DNA of 64,000 nucleotides from Azolla caroliniana (Eukaryota; Plantae; Polypodiophyta). The DNA is taken from NCBI GenBank assembly GCA_043228905.1, contig JBHGNT010000004.1, forward strand, positions 10,726,001-10,790,000. Reading direction: 5' to 3'. Position numbers and translations under genes: made by a program. This document shows positions 38,698 through 51,800 of this stretch, piece after piece. The number at the start of each line of letters is the position of its first letter. Position 1 is the first letter of the stretch. The notes under the pieces were generated by a model. It did not search any database. It was not told where the DNA came from and worked only from the letters and a program-made list of their open reading frames with translations.

Positions 38698-40190
38698 GTC
38701 CAGATTGTGTTTTCATCAGGGGAGGAGCAATTTGTACAGTACTGAATTGATTGCACGATATACTTGGTTTGCTTCTTGTAATCTCCTCCAATGCTGCTAC
38801 CACCATTTACACCTTCTGTGGTTTCCACGTGCCTTAAATAAGGTCCTCGATACTTTCACCCAATACATCTCAACGAGTGTGACTCTAGGAGAGAGGGAGT
38901 AGGAATCAAGATTCAGGAACAACATGAATCCCAGCAGAAAGCCAGTTCACTTTAGAAGTTATATTCATCAAATCCTAACATATGCATTCAAATCTTGAAT
39001 GCATTGGTGTGCTGAGACACTAGAAGGAATGTTCTCAATTGTACTCTCCAAGATGGAAAGTTGCAACTCGCATGCTTTCAACATTCATAAAGCATTTGTG
39101 CAGTAATGTTCTCAATTGTATTCTCCAAGATGCAAAGAATTCTGCAGTACAATGTTAGCCCTTCATCTTTGTCATCATATAAATAAAGTCCCACCTTAAG
39201 TAGTTGTTAATGAACTCATCTAAAGCATGAGTGTACAAATCCATCATATAAGTTTGTGAGATCCATAGATCCAACTGACAGTCACCTAATAAGACTTATG
39301 ACCAATGCTATTCACTAAGAATTTCGTGAACATCATGAGTAAATGTTTGTCAGCAGCTTCGGGAGTAACATGAAAATTCAGAATCTTCCAACAGAGGTTC
39401 AGACAATCATAGCAATGTGGCAATCAGGAGAGTGATAAGAATCATCCATGAATCATAAAGCTTTGGATGGTGCAACATGTGCAGAAGTTCCCAATGGTGC
39501 AGAACATCATTTGAGGAGTTTACATTAAAGTCCATTGGTCTTCTATGAGATAATTTAGAAGTGAAAAGGAGTAGTGAGCTCTAGGTGGGGAGTTATATTC
39601 ACAATTTCTTGAACTTCTGAATTGTTGATCTCACACAAAAATAGAAAAATTAGTCCTCAGTCAATGAGAAGCACAAAAAGACTTGCAATTTTGGCATGAT
39701 AAAAACAGAGCAAGCAGTTATAACATCAAGAACTGGCTTGCATTACATTAACCTCAAGGGACAACTCTTATTGGAAATGTCAAGAACCAAGATAGTGTTA
39801 TCTTTATTATGAGTTTTGTTAACCATTTCCTAGTTCGCTATACATATCAGAAATCAAGATCATTGAAGTTTCTGCTTTGATGATCAGCTTTGATAGAACA
39901 TAGTCTTCAGCCACGTTACTGAAGAATTTGAATTATTAGAATGTTAATCGTTGGGAACCCTCCAAAGCATTCTCAATTTCAACTGGATTACTAGAATATG
40001 AAGATCACTTTCTAATAAGAACAATTGTAAGAGACAAAAAATAGTTTAACATTGCTTTTCAAGAAATACAACTTTTTCATAGTATTTAAAACTTATTTTC
40101 AGAGGAGTTTTCATTAGCCGATTACATATTTTAACAAAAATATGGGTTTTATGGAAAGTTGCAGTAGACAAACTATAGTTGGATGAATAC

Positions 40191-40292
40191 CTCCCAAATT
40201 ATAGCTGTGCAATCTTTTGATGCTGACGCCATATACCTTCCATTATGGGAGAATTGCAAAAACCACACTTCATTGACATGCTCTTGCAAAAT
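40191..40292 (-). CDS. WDR26: WDR26-like gene, exon 2
   Basis: AG/GT-bounded 102 bp encoding [34 protein letters not shown], phase 0. Confidence 0.9.
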
Positions 40293-40327
40293 CTGAATAT
40301 AACAAAAAGAGAAATAAAAGAAAGTAC

Positions 40328-40426
40328 ATAAAGCCATATGAAGTAATCTTTCGATGCTGACGCCATATACCTCTCATTATGGGAAAATTGCAAAAACCAC
40401 ATTTCATTGACATGATCTTGCAAAAT
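40328..40426 (-). other. Tandem partial duplicate of WDR26 exon 2 with an intact acceptor
   Basis: TTCAG|[28 protein letters not shown].., homologous to exon 2 for about 82 bp. Confidence 0.85.
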
Positions 40427-41099
40427 CTGAATAGAATATGTGCAAACAAAATAATGTGACACATTGCTAAACATTCAAAACAAGAGTTTTCAAAAATGCA
40501 TAATATACATTGTTACAGATCTATTTTCACAGGCATAGATTGACTTGAAATAGCATGAGGGATCATGCACTGATGGTTCTTTGTTGATGAGCAGTTCTGA
40601 TTCTCTTGTTGTCCTCCAACAACTTCTTTCTATGTCTCATGTTCTAGCATAGGAACCCCAAGCACCGTTCATCTTCATAATCCATTATCTTCAATAACTC
40701 TATGTTTCTTGAGTTCTAACAAGAACAACCCCAAGCACCGTTGGACTTCATGTTCCACAATCTTGTGTAGTAGGCAAAAGTCTTGTTTGAAGAGGCAGTA
40801 AGTAGTATCTTCCTCTTATATAAAAAAAATACAGCACAAACGAAAACATAGTGTTCCGCTCATTTCAGCCCCCCAATAGCACAGTTGGCAGATCCATTCT
40901 TCCATATCTTTGCAATGGATATCTACCCACCTCAACCTCTTACTGATGTGCAAAGAGCCTAAGCTGCCCTATAACTCTACGGAGCATGAGATAAATTTGT
41001 ATCCATAAAAGCTATTACAATAAATCCACCCTATGATGTATAAAAATAGTGCCTTATAGAGCGCTATCTTAAGAGACAGTGTCGAGCTGATCCATGTTC

Positions 41100-41815
41100 T
41101 TTCATTCTCCAAGCTACGTTGGAAACAAGAGTAGCGCATTTATTATTTATTCCCTGTGATTGGAACCATCATTTCATTTCAGCATACCAAAAACGATCAT
41201 CTCCATGGTCAACCAATTGTTCTGATGACATAAGTACCAAGTGTGAGTACATTTGCTATGGAAGCTCCCAAATCTAATGGAAACCTGTCACTAATTGAAA
41301 TATCCCCTAGACCTCAATATTTCAGCTTCTCCCATCTCTGCGCAGTTTGTATCATGGGGCACCAATTCTTTGCTCTTTATCATGCTAGCAATCATTGAGA
41401 ATAAAGTTCTCTCCAACTTTGTCGATTAGTGTGCCCTATAAAGCCTTGGTCCCCAAGTTTCTACTCCATAGAGAAGAGTCAATGTGCATCAAACAAACAC
41501 AATTCAGTTGTGGTTCTTAGAATTATTTGTCTGCACATTGTCTTTCAAATGCCCCAAGGGCTGCGTATTCAAAAGAAAGTTGGGCACAATTAGCCTCCCG
41601 TACAAGAACCAAGGCCCTATGACTGCTACTCCCAGGTATGTGTAGGGTTGCTTGTATGCCAGCATTTCCTCTCTCAAGAAGAATTTTGGTACTGATCTCT
41701 TTACCCACATTTGTGGGGTGTTGAACACCATCACTTTACTTTTATCAAGGTTTACCAATAAATCTTTGTCTACAGTACATGATGTTTAGGCATCTAGATG
41801 TCCTTCCAGTCCCTC
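41100..41815 (-). mobile_element. Decayed LINE RT C-terminal fragment in intron 1
   Basis: VNLDKSKVMVFN..YTYLGV motif. Boundaries approximate. Confidence 0.6.
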
Positions 41816-43131
41816 TAGAGCGAGAACAACATTGAGAAGTTTAGAAAAGAGGAACTGAGAATAACAAACTTCAATCAATTCAATGGAAGGTAAAGGGAAT
41901 TTCAATTCTTATTCTAGATTAGCCAGAGCATGGAAATGAGGTAATCATGAAAGCAAAAATGGGGAACTTATGTTCGAGTGATACAAACATGTGCAATCTG
42001 TTGTAACCTTATTACACATATATGATGACCTTATTTAGAAAGAATTCCTTTGTCAAGAAACAAGAAGTAGGTCCATGATACATTGCTCAAGTATCCATCC
42101 ACAATAACTCGATCACTTCTAGAGATTATTCAGGAGATGTTTAAACTAATTCTATGCCCCTTTCACATCTGCTGTGATTTATTATTAGTGTATATTACCT
42201 AGAATAACATCATTTACTCCAGTGAATCATTCTTGGTCATAATCACCAAGGACGTATTTCAATCCCTATTATTGCAAAATCAGCAATTTGGGGGATTTTG
42301 TCACATAGCTTGTAAGGAACCTCACATAGATTGTTTTCAAGTTACACGTACAGATGTGCCCCGGGGATCATTCCATGTTAAAGGTATCAAATTTAACTAG
42401 TGTAAAAAATCATATCCTTAAGAAGTTCCTTACAACAATGCATAATTTAAATCAAATGTATGAGCAGTAATCCTGCATTCATACAGCTAGCAACTTACAA
42501 GGAAGTCTATTCCAAAAAAATTCATATATATGAACTACTTATACAAATGTATCAATAGTAATAAGATTATTGTGGGTCCCCTTTTATTTACAAGAAGTTT
42601 CTCAGAAAATTCCAGCAGAAATCCTTTTGAGTTCCACAGGAAACAGTCATATGTAGGAATCAAAGTGTGAAACTTAAGAGTGTATCTCTGGACATCTACA
42701 ATGATAAGGCTATATTTAATTATTTCTTCCAGAAGATCGTAACTTTGACCTAAACACTCTTTAACCACCAGCTGATCCATAGTTCTTCCCTGTATGTACC
42801 CATGGAGAGTTGAGTAAAACTATAAAAATAACCACAAAAATGTGGTTCAAGATCCTAACAACTCCAAAATTCAACAAACACAAGCTCCAAGGCTATTGTT
42901 CTCCTTGATTACAAGGGAAGACAATGTGCTGCACAAAACTTTAACCCACAAGTTTGAAAAGAGATGAGGATACATTGATAAGAAGGATTTGATAACAAGT
43001 TTACATCCTCAAAAACATCAGAAAACACTAGTCTCTACAAACATCTAAATGATGTGTTCCACTGCAAATCCGAATGGCATCGAGATACATGCATGGAAAA
43101 GCAAAAGGGCAACAAACATTAAGAAAAGAAC

Positions 43132-43971
43132 CTGAATAGTTTGATTTGGAATTTGGTCTCTCCCGCAGCTGTGGTCATAGTAAAGAGACAAAGGCTGATC
43201 CACAGAGTTATGGAAAAAACATTTCTTTCTCTGCATAATCAATGATTGCTCGAGAAGATACTCAAGCCTCCTGTCCGGAATCACTACAGAAGGGGACAAC
43301 AATATGTGAAGCTCCTGTAACAGTTTTTCTCGGCTCATTTTCTCATCTTTTCCACCATATGATGATAAATTCTCGACCTTCAAAGGACAGATAAGGCAAG
43401 AAGCCAACTCCCTTAACCTTTCTTTCTTTATATTTAAAGGAGAAATCTCAGAACGGAGAGTTCTCAGAGCTCCCATACTATCATTGACAATAAGCTGTTC
43501 AAAGAACTTTTGTTGCAATATAAGAGAAACAGCAGAACAGAAGCTTGGTGAATCATGAAGCAACAAACGCATGGTTTCCATACTGTCCTCCCATTTCCCA
43601 TCAAGGATCTGTTGCCTAAACTGTGGAATAAGCGAAGATTGCAGAGAAATACCTGATTCGCCTTCGAGAAGGAAAGCTGTCTTCTTGTATCCTAAAGCAT
43701 AGAGAGACTGAGTGATGATTCTGACGAGCTCAGATCGCTTGATAAGGCCATTAGGTCCAACCTTTGTATCATTTTCTTCACGACCTCTATCTTCTGTTTC
43801 AGAAAGGCCTCTGGCCATAGTAGTGCAGGAAGGAACCAAAGAGCAAGAAGAAGCGGAGATGCGACCTGTTGTGGACGATGACGATAGTGGTGGTGGTAAT
43901 GAAGATGGTGTATGCATGTAAAGCTTGAGACGCTTCAATGGAGGTGAAGTGCTCTCATCTAGACCTCCCAT
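43132..43971 (-). CDS. WDR26: WDR26-like LisH/CTLH + WD40 protein, coding exon 1 of 4 (about 603 aa in total)
   Basis: MGGLDES..PPLKR start, ELVRIITQSLYALGY (LisH), FRQQILDGKWE (CTLH), IPDRRLEYLLEQ..CFFHN..DHSCGRDQIP. GT donor at 43131. Confidence 0.9.
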
Positions 43972-44111
43972 CAAAAGGCAACACGAAGAGGCAAAGCTAC
44001 GCCATGTGAGAAACCCTAACCCTAAGCGGCGATGGTGGAGCCTGGCCTGTACAGGTACGAGATGATGAGGATGAGGATGAGGATGAGGATGGTGATGATT
44101 CACCGCGAAAG

Positions 44112-44157
44112 TACATACATACATACATACATATATATATATGTATGTATGTATGTA
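44112..44157. repeat. Palindromic microsatellite (TACA)n(TA)n(TGTA)n upstream of the WDR26 ATG
   Basis: Directly visible and self-complementary. Confidence 0.9.
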
Positions 44158-44589
44158 TGCTCATGAGTAAGTAGTAGCGATTGCGTGGAAGAGAGACCAG
44201 ACCACACAAAAAAAAAACAGCCATCGAGGATCCCAACACTTGGCACACATATACATATGTATACATATGTACAAATGTACAAAGTGACTTTTATCAAGTA
44301 AGTCCCAAACCAACCAACCAGCCACCCATTCCAATGCCTTCTACACCCCCGACCTATCATGGGGACACTTTTCACGACCTCTACGGTCACGAAGGTCATA
44401 AAGAAATTACAACATAAGAAGTCCATGGACCACACAGGATTGCAAGCATAACACATCATATATGCGCGAGAGTGCCTAGCTCCCTTTCTAACTCTAATAT
44501 TCAATCGTGCCCTCACCGAGGGTTTTCCACCACAATGGCCCCCATACATAAAAATGAGGAGACCCCATGAACCCAAATACATAAAGGAC

Positions 44590-45315
44590 CATTATAATAG
44601 GTCATACACTCATTAAATTATATGGTGTAGTAATGGAAGCAGAGCTTAGCGATTATATAGAGACCTTAAATATTCGAGCACCTAAACAGGCTGGCTTTAG
44701 ATGAGCCTTCTTTACAATTGATCATATCTTCACACTTAGATGCTTAATTGACCAGACAAAGGCTCGCAAGAAGAAATTATATTGTTGTTTTGTGGACTTC
44801 CGCAAAGCCTTTGACACAATCCCTAAAGAGTGGTTGTTTGATAGGCTTAGAAGCTTGAAGATACCAGATGACATGATTTGGGCCATCTACACACTATATG
44901 AGCAAGTCTCCAGGTGCGTACGATGCCCAAGTGGCCTATCCAACTACTTCACTAGCCCTATTGGTGTAAAACAATGTCGCCCCCTATCATCGACTCTTTT
45001 TGGGATCTACATTGATGAGATCGCGGACTTTATGGCTCGTAAGGGAGGCAACAGAGTAGTCCTTGGGGGTACGCAAGTTCGTATCTTGCTCTATGTAAAC
45101 GACATAGTTTTGCTCTTTGAGTCCGAACACAACCTACAAAGGCACCTTAATGCCTTAGATGACTTTTTCAAACAACGAGGATTGGTAGTGAACCTAGGGA
45201 AACTAAAGTCCTTATCTTCCACACATCGTCTCAAGTTAGAACTAAGTGTCACCTAACCATCTCCCATAGCCCAATTGAGGTAGTTGGATCATATGTATAT
45301 CTCGGTGTCACCTAA
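44590..45315 (+). mobile_element. LINE reverse transcriptase fragment
   Basis: QAGFR, DHIFTL, FVDFRKAFD, GVKQ..PLS..LFG, LLYVNDIVL, YLGV. Confidence 0.85.
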
Positions 45316-45319
45316 CCTT

Positions 45320-46130
45320 ACACGACACAGATAGAGAGTGGGAGAGACAGAGAGAGCAGAATAGCATTAACTAAATTCAAATAATAACACTTTGTACATA
45401 GGATGTGCTCAATGAGCACTTTTTATACAAGTCCACAAAGGACTGACAGAAGTACTATGTACTTCAATGCTCATGCGAGCGGTGGATACTAACTACGAGG
45501 ACCATGACTACCTAGTAGTCTAGAACAATAGGCCTCTAAACGGCCTACCAGTTCACACTTGAGTCCGGTTATTGGTCCCGAATACTGATCCGATCCATCC
45601 GTTCCAGATACTTATCCAGACACCGATCTGGATCCGGTTAAGCTTGTTCACTCAACACTCCCCCTCAAGCTCAACTTGAGGTCAGATCGTGGTGTTAGTG
45701 TTAGTGGCAGCCGATTCTTTTGTCCAGCTCCTTCTGGCGTTCTCCTGCCTCGCTCGCGCTCCTCATCCGGTCTGGTTCCGCCTTTCGCAACCCGTCCAGT
45801 TCTCTGCTCCTCGACCTCCTCGATCGGCATGTCTACTCAACAAGCCCATCTAACTCCATCGTTGTTGTGACTTCGGCTCTTGTCAACCCGTCGTCTCCTC
45901 CGTATCGGCGTCGACTTCCACTGCCTCCTCGTCCGCTTAGCCTTTAGTAGATCTGGCTCCTCCGGATCAAATTGTTGAACGGAATCAATTGTCTCCGATT
46001 AGTTCCAGCTCTTGTCCGAGTTGGTAGTCTACAACTCGTCTCCCGTTTTTCAGCCCTTCACAACATCTGACCATGTCCAAGTCTTGGCCTTCTTCTTCCA
46101 TGCATCTCTGTCTCTCTTGACTCTATTGTC
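45320..46130 (-). mobile_element. Copia 3' LTR fragment (to 45657) with PPT and 3' internal region
   Basis: ..CTCAACA terminus followed by CTCCCCCTCAAGCT, the same PPT motif as element C. LTR resembles that of element E. Confidence 0.7.
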
Positions 46131-46135
46131 ATTGC

Positions 46136-46310
46136 TAGGGATCGGCAACGGTTCGGTTTAGGCTTAGCCGGTTTGGCCTTATCCAAGCAAAACCGGCTAA
46201 GCCTAAACCGTTTAGGGGTTTTCAAAACTGAACCAAACCAAACCAAATCGATCCCTAAACCGGTTTATGAACCGGCTTGGTAAATAGCTTGTAAACCGGT
46301 TTGTGAACTT
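46136..46310. mobile_element. hAT-like transposon end fragment
   Basis: TAGGGATCGGCAACGG start and many AACCG/CGGTT subterminal repeats. No TSD. Confidence 0.4.
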
Positions 46311-46404
46311 CATAATACAATCCTATTACAATTTATCATTGAACTTCATAACACAATTCCATTACAATTTATCGTTGAACAATTCCCCTCCAATATGCTC
46401 CAAA

Positions 46405-46800
46405 TGACAGAAGTATTATGTACTTCAATGCTCATGCGAGCGGCGGATACTAACTACGAGGACCATGACTACCTAGTAGTCTAGAACAGTAGGCCTCTAA
46501 ACGGCCTACCAGTTCACACTTGAGTCCGGTTATTGGTCCCGAATAGGACTCGGTCGCGGACAAAATGATAGTGCACATCAATGTGCTTTGGTTTGAGCAT
46601 GGAGGATTAGGTTCTTCGCATGTTGGATGTTGTTGAGGTTGTCACAATAGATTTTTGTCGAATTGGACACCTCCACATGCAGATCCTTCAATAGCCTTTT
46701 GCGCCATATGGCTTCACACGTCGCGACAACCGCTCCTCGATACTCGACCTCTGTACTCAATAGTGCCACTATCGGCTGCTTTTTGTTGCTCCAGGCGATC
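46405..46800 (-). mobile_element. 141-bp second copy of LTR segment 45444-45584 (46405-46545) fused to a copia RNase H fragment
   Basis: Near-identical direct repeat, followed by ALLSTEVEYRG..CEAIW..IYCDN. Confidence 0.75.
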
Positions 46801-47109
46801 GCGGGGTTTCAAAATGAAAACAAGCGAGCGAACAAAAAGGAACAGAACAAGAAGAAGCAAAAAGGTAAGTCGAAGATCAGTGTGGCCAGACAAGCCAAAA
46901 CGGCCAAGTCGAAGGAGTCGGATAGTCGAAAGGTTGTAGACTTGGCTAAGTGCAAGGAGACCGAAAGAATGAAAGTCAATCGAATGACAAATGGAGCCGA
47001 AAAACAATCACAAAACCTTCAAGGAGCACAAGGTCCAGCATACATGAGGAGCCGACGGCCTAGAGGCCAAAAACCAAATCGAACACCGGTTGATTCGGAC
47101 ACAGGCATG

Positions 47110-48545
47110 CCTTCTTGATAGGAATCCACATACACAAAATCCTCATGTACGCTTCCACATCAGTCAGTCATCATCTCATCTATCATCAGCCGACCCAAAC
47201 ACACAATGTCAACACTAAAGGGGTTTTCATATCGTCTTGTAATGAATTGAGTGAGGACTTCAGGTTTATTTCCAGTATCAACAATGCTCATAGAAGTCTG
47301 ACTCAACATGGTCGAGCTTTGGGATGTAGCCAATTGTCGAAAGTCATTCAAGCCTAGCTTGTGACATTTGGCTAAGTTGGTTATGCCACAGGGAAGATGT
47401 CGTCAATTCGGTTACGTTTAGTGATCCCTCCCAATGGGTCAATGTGAGTGGATTCAACTTGTTGTATCTCATGCCATGGTCAATATGTAGATTTCCTTTG
47501 GTGATCTTCCATGACGACTCACTTAGTGTCGTCTTGTACCTGTCTTCAGATCAGGTATGAGACTCGTCTTCAGATTGGGTATGTGTCGAACTTGTTGCAA
47601 GGTGATTAGATTTCCATTCAGTAGTCGAATGGGAGTTTTGCCTATTCTAGCAATTCAACACTCCTGCTAATTTTTGAGTTGGACTTAGGTGGCTCTGACT
47701 AAATAGTTTGAAAACCATTCTCTATGGGGGGAGGGGGTCCGTAGAATATGGTTCCCGAATCAAGCAGCCATGTTTGTGCATCATGTGCATCATGTTTGTC
47801 CTTCCAAGGAAAGTACTTCTCCCAACTGAGATTCGGCAACATGTATTTGGTTGTCAGCTGAAAGGTGATTCGAATAAGAAGAGCTGGTATTCAGATCGAA
47901 TTTTTGGCCATTTCCCTTCTTATTTAACAACATGTAGTCGAAAACATTGTGGTTGGCCTTCCTACAATAGGTGCAATAGGAATTTGGCATCCTGCTCCTT
48001 GACTTCAACCATTGTCGGTCATTTCTCCTCCTCAATTGATTCCGATTTCGACCGGTTCTCTAAGCCCTTCCGTTGGAGAAGTGAGCTTCGGCACTGTCAT
48101 TGACGCTGAGGCCCATTGATTTCCTTTGAATCTCTTCCAATAACATCACTCCAATAGCTTCATCCAATAACATCACTCTAATAGCTATTGGTGCTATCAT
48201 GCAAAATACTTCCTAGCTTGTCATGAGGCTGAAGAGAAGTGCAAGGGCTTCGATTTCTTCTTCAAATTTCAGACCTTGTGAGGAGAGTAAGGTCAAAAAT
48301 CGATTAAGGTGTTGATATGGCAGGTTGCCTACTCGGTCTCCATTATCTTCATATTGAACAATTGTTGAATCAAGAAGAGTTTTGATGAGCTCGACTTCTT
48401 TTCATATACGGTGTCATGTGGTTTTTGACACACGATATGAAAACTAGTAAAACAATTATTTAAGATTAGCTTAATGTATTCATATGGAGAGATAGATGTC
48501 TTCAAGAGCTTCATAAAGTATTTTACTACGCATGAAACGGATAAA
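47110..48545 (-). mobile_element. Old copia gag/protease remnant
   Basis: SKLFLIQQLFNMK gag motif and CTYCRKANHNVFD knuckle. Heavily decayed. Confidence 0.6.
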
Positions 48546-48796
48546 AAAGTATCGAGTTATGTGAGTGTGAAGTTTGAAGAAAAAAGAAAAAGAAAAGAAA
48601 AGACAAAATTGTGAGATATCCCACATAGATAGTGATGAGGTAGAGATGATAAAAATGAGAGATAAGGAAGATAAACAAACCCAAAACCACAAAGATCTAT
48701 TGCTAATGAATAATTATGATGGAAGGAAGAGAGAAAGAAGATACATAAATCCAAGTCTACAAGGATAAATTGATAACAACTCAACCAACACTACGT

Positions 48797-48861
48797 TGTC
48801 GCGTTGTTACGTGCATGCGTGTAGAAAGAGGCGGGACCACGGGGGCCTTGAACCGAGGAGC

Positions 48862-48893
<32 letters not shown>

Positions 48894-51800
48894 GAGAGGA
48901 GAGGAGAAGAGATTTGCAGATACGCAAAAGGGAGAAGGAAAGAGAAAGAAACGGAACACTTAATTACAATAATAGTCGATTACAATATCAAGAGATTACA
49001 AACTCTGACGATTACAACCGGCAAGGCGGCGATGGACCCGACACGGGCATCCTACTCACGCACACAAACAGAACACATTGGACCCCAAAAAAAAAGAAGC
49101 GTAGAAAGGAGAGCCTATGTTGGCAGCGCACGGGCTACCTACGAAGTAGAGGCGTCGAACTCCCAGCACCCACATAGAATAACGATCGGAGGAGGAGAGA
49201 GAGCTCGACGCTCGGTCCTGCAACACTTCGTCCTCCCTAACACGCGATCCCTTTTCTTCCTTCTCGCCCTCCTTAAATAGTTCGCAAAAAGGGGGTGCCC
49301 CTTTCTCCCTAGTCAAAACCACTTTATTCCCTGTCCCTTTCGACAGAGATACGCACAATCCCCTAATAAATGTATACTACCTAGTATTTACATCACCCGA
49401 TCCAATTATGAATCATGTACAAAACATGAATTCATGTGTCCACCTATGTAAGAGCCGGTTCATGCGCCTTTTTCTCCGATTCCGCCTATGGCTGGTTTTC
49501 TTCACAACATCCACCCCCACCAAACCGCGCATCCACCGGCATGCGCTAGAGACGGGTAGATACCGAAGAAAACCGGCCTCACTCGTCACTCTCCGATTCT
49601 CCGCCGGGCCCGAACCGATCGTCATCGTCGCTCTCGCTCGCCGGCTCCGGCTCATCTTCGAACCGCTTCTTGAACGCTTTGATCCGCTTCCCGGCCACCG
49701 GTACTGCTAACCGTGTCCCGTTGAGTTCCGCGAGGTGGTACATGTCGTTGTCGTTCGCGCTCGTCACCGTGTAGGGCCCAAACCATCTCCTAGTGAATTT
49801 TGCACCGCCTTGTGCTGATTGTCGACGTTGTTGTCGTATACCAAGACCCAGTCGCCTTCCTCGATCTTCTTTGGTCGCAACCGGTGCGTTCGGTTGAACC
49901 GGGTCTTGCAGCTTTTCCTTCGCCCGTTTCACGTCCTCTGGCCTCCGCTCGAGTTGCCGAATCCGCGCCGCCAACAACTCCTCCCGGCTCATCTCGTCCT
50001 TCCAATCTACCGCCGCCCATGAAGAAACCGTCTGTTCCACCTGCATGATCAGCTTCTGTTCATACATCAGCTCTGCCGGCATAAACCCTGTCACCGAACT
50101 GTGCGTAGTTCGGTCCGCTAATAGTGCGTAAGGAAGGAGTCACGACCAATTCCCGACCTGCCCTCCGCATGCACGCACCAACGCCTTTACGATCGGCCCG
50201 TGCTCACGTTCTACCTTCCCATTCACCTCTAAATTGTACGCCGTAGTGAGGGAGAGTTTGACCCCTAGCCGGTCGAACAACTCCTCAGCTTCCCGCGCAT
50301 CTAGCTCTCCCCGGTCCGCCACAATGCTCCCGACACACCCATACCGACACACTACCTCTTCGATCAGGAACCGGCATACCGCCGTGGTTGTCTTGTTCTG
50401 CAGTGCACGACCTTCCACCTGGTTCGTCAAGTCTTCCTGCGCAAGCACCAGGTATCGCATCTGTCCTACTCCCATCGGCATCGTCACCAAGTCCACCATC
50501 CACTTGAAATGGACCGTAGGCGGGTAAGTCGGGTGTAGCTCGTCCCGATCTTGGACTACGGAGTGCATCTGACCTCTTTCGCAAGTCCTTACGAACCGAT
50601 GCATGTCCTGGTACAGCCCCGACCACCAGTACTTCTCCTTCAGCTTCTCAAATGTGGCCCACTTTCCGCGGTGCCCGGCCCAGGGACTCTCGTGAAATGT
50701 CGCCAGTAGTTCCTCCTGTTCTTCTTTCTTTGCCACTACTCGGAGCGGGATGCCGTTTCTTTTCTTTGGGTGCCTCCATATGCACCCGTCCCGTAGGAAG
50801 AATCGGTACGCCTTCTTCCGTGCCTGGCTCGCCTCTTCTCTCGTCCACGTTGTGTCCGGCGTCATCGCCCGTAGGAACCTCCCGATTTGGAGCCACTCCC
50901 CGTCGTACCTGCTTTCATCAAATTCGTTAAGCGCCGGAGTGTCCCCTTTCCTCGTCGTCACATTAGCCGACTCGAAGAAGTCCTCGCCGACTTCTTCGTC
51001 ATCCGAAACCATGTCGTCTTCGTCGTTGAACCTTGCTCTCGAAAGCATGTCGGCCATGGCATTATCCTTTCCGGAGATGTGTCGTATCTCCGGGTTTAGG
51101 GACTTAATGTACGCTATCCACCGGAGCATTGCTAGGTCCGGCGTCGTGCATCTGGAAACCATCCCGAGTATTGGCAGGCAGTCCGTCTCAATTGTTACCT
51201 CCGTCCCGATCAGTTAGTCCTTGTCGGCCTTGACTGCCGAAGCGATACCCCATAGTTCGCACTTGACTTGGGCGTACCCTCGTTGTCGCTCACTCAATAC
51301 CTTCGCCCCGAACCGGATTGGGAACCGTGCGCCGTTCTCGTCCTCCTAGTTGATCACCCACCCGATCTCGGTCGGGCTCGTGTCCACCGTTACGTAGATG
51401 GGGACCCCCTTACCGTAAACCACTTTATGGAGAGCTGGCACTATCGTAAGCGGTCCCTTTAGTCTCCGGACTGACTCCATGTGCTCCGTCCTCCACTCAA
51501 AGCTACGCCCCTTTTTCAATAGTCCGTAGAGGGGTTCCGCGACATGTGCATAGTGCGGGATCCAGATGTGGTAGAACGCGCATGCTCCAAAGAATCTGCG
51601 GACCTCCGTGACCGACCCGCAATCGTTCCTCATCGCGGAGATGGCCTCTACCTTTGCCGGAGACGATTTCCTACCGTAAGGCCCACATAGGTGTCCGACC
51701 ATCAAGATCTTCGACCGCCTGAACACCGATTTTTCTCCGGAGAAGGTGAGTCGTGCGTTTTCGAGCCTCTGCATCACCTTCTTGTAGTCGTTGATGTGGT

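Noticed and set aside
43972-44124. N-terminal His/Pro-rich extension of the WDR26 ORF
   Set aside because: It derives from microsatellites in probable 5' UTR or intron sequence. MGG.. at 43971 is the more plausible start for this family.
46136-46257. 122-bp MITE defined by TAGGGATCG/CGATCCCTA
   Set aside because: No TSD, and the subterminal repeats continue beyond the apparent right end.
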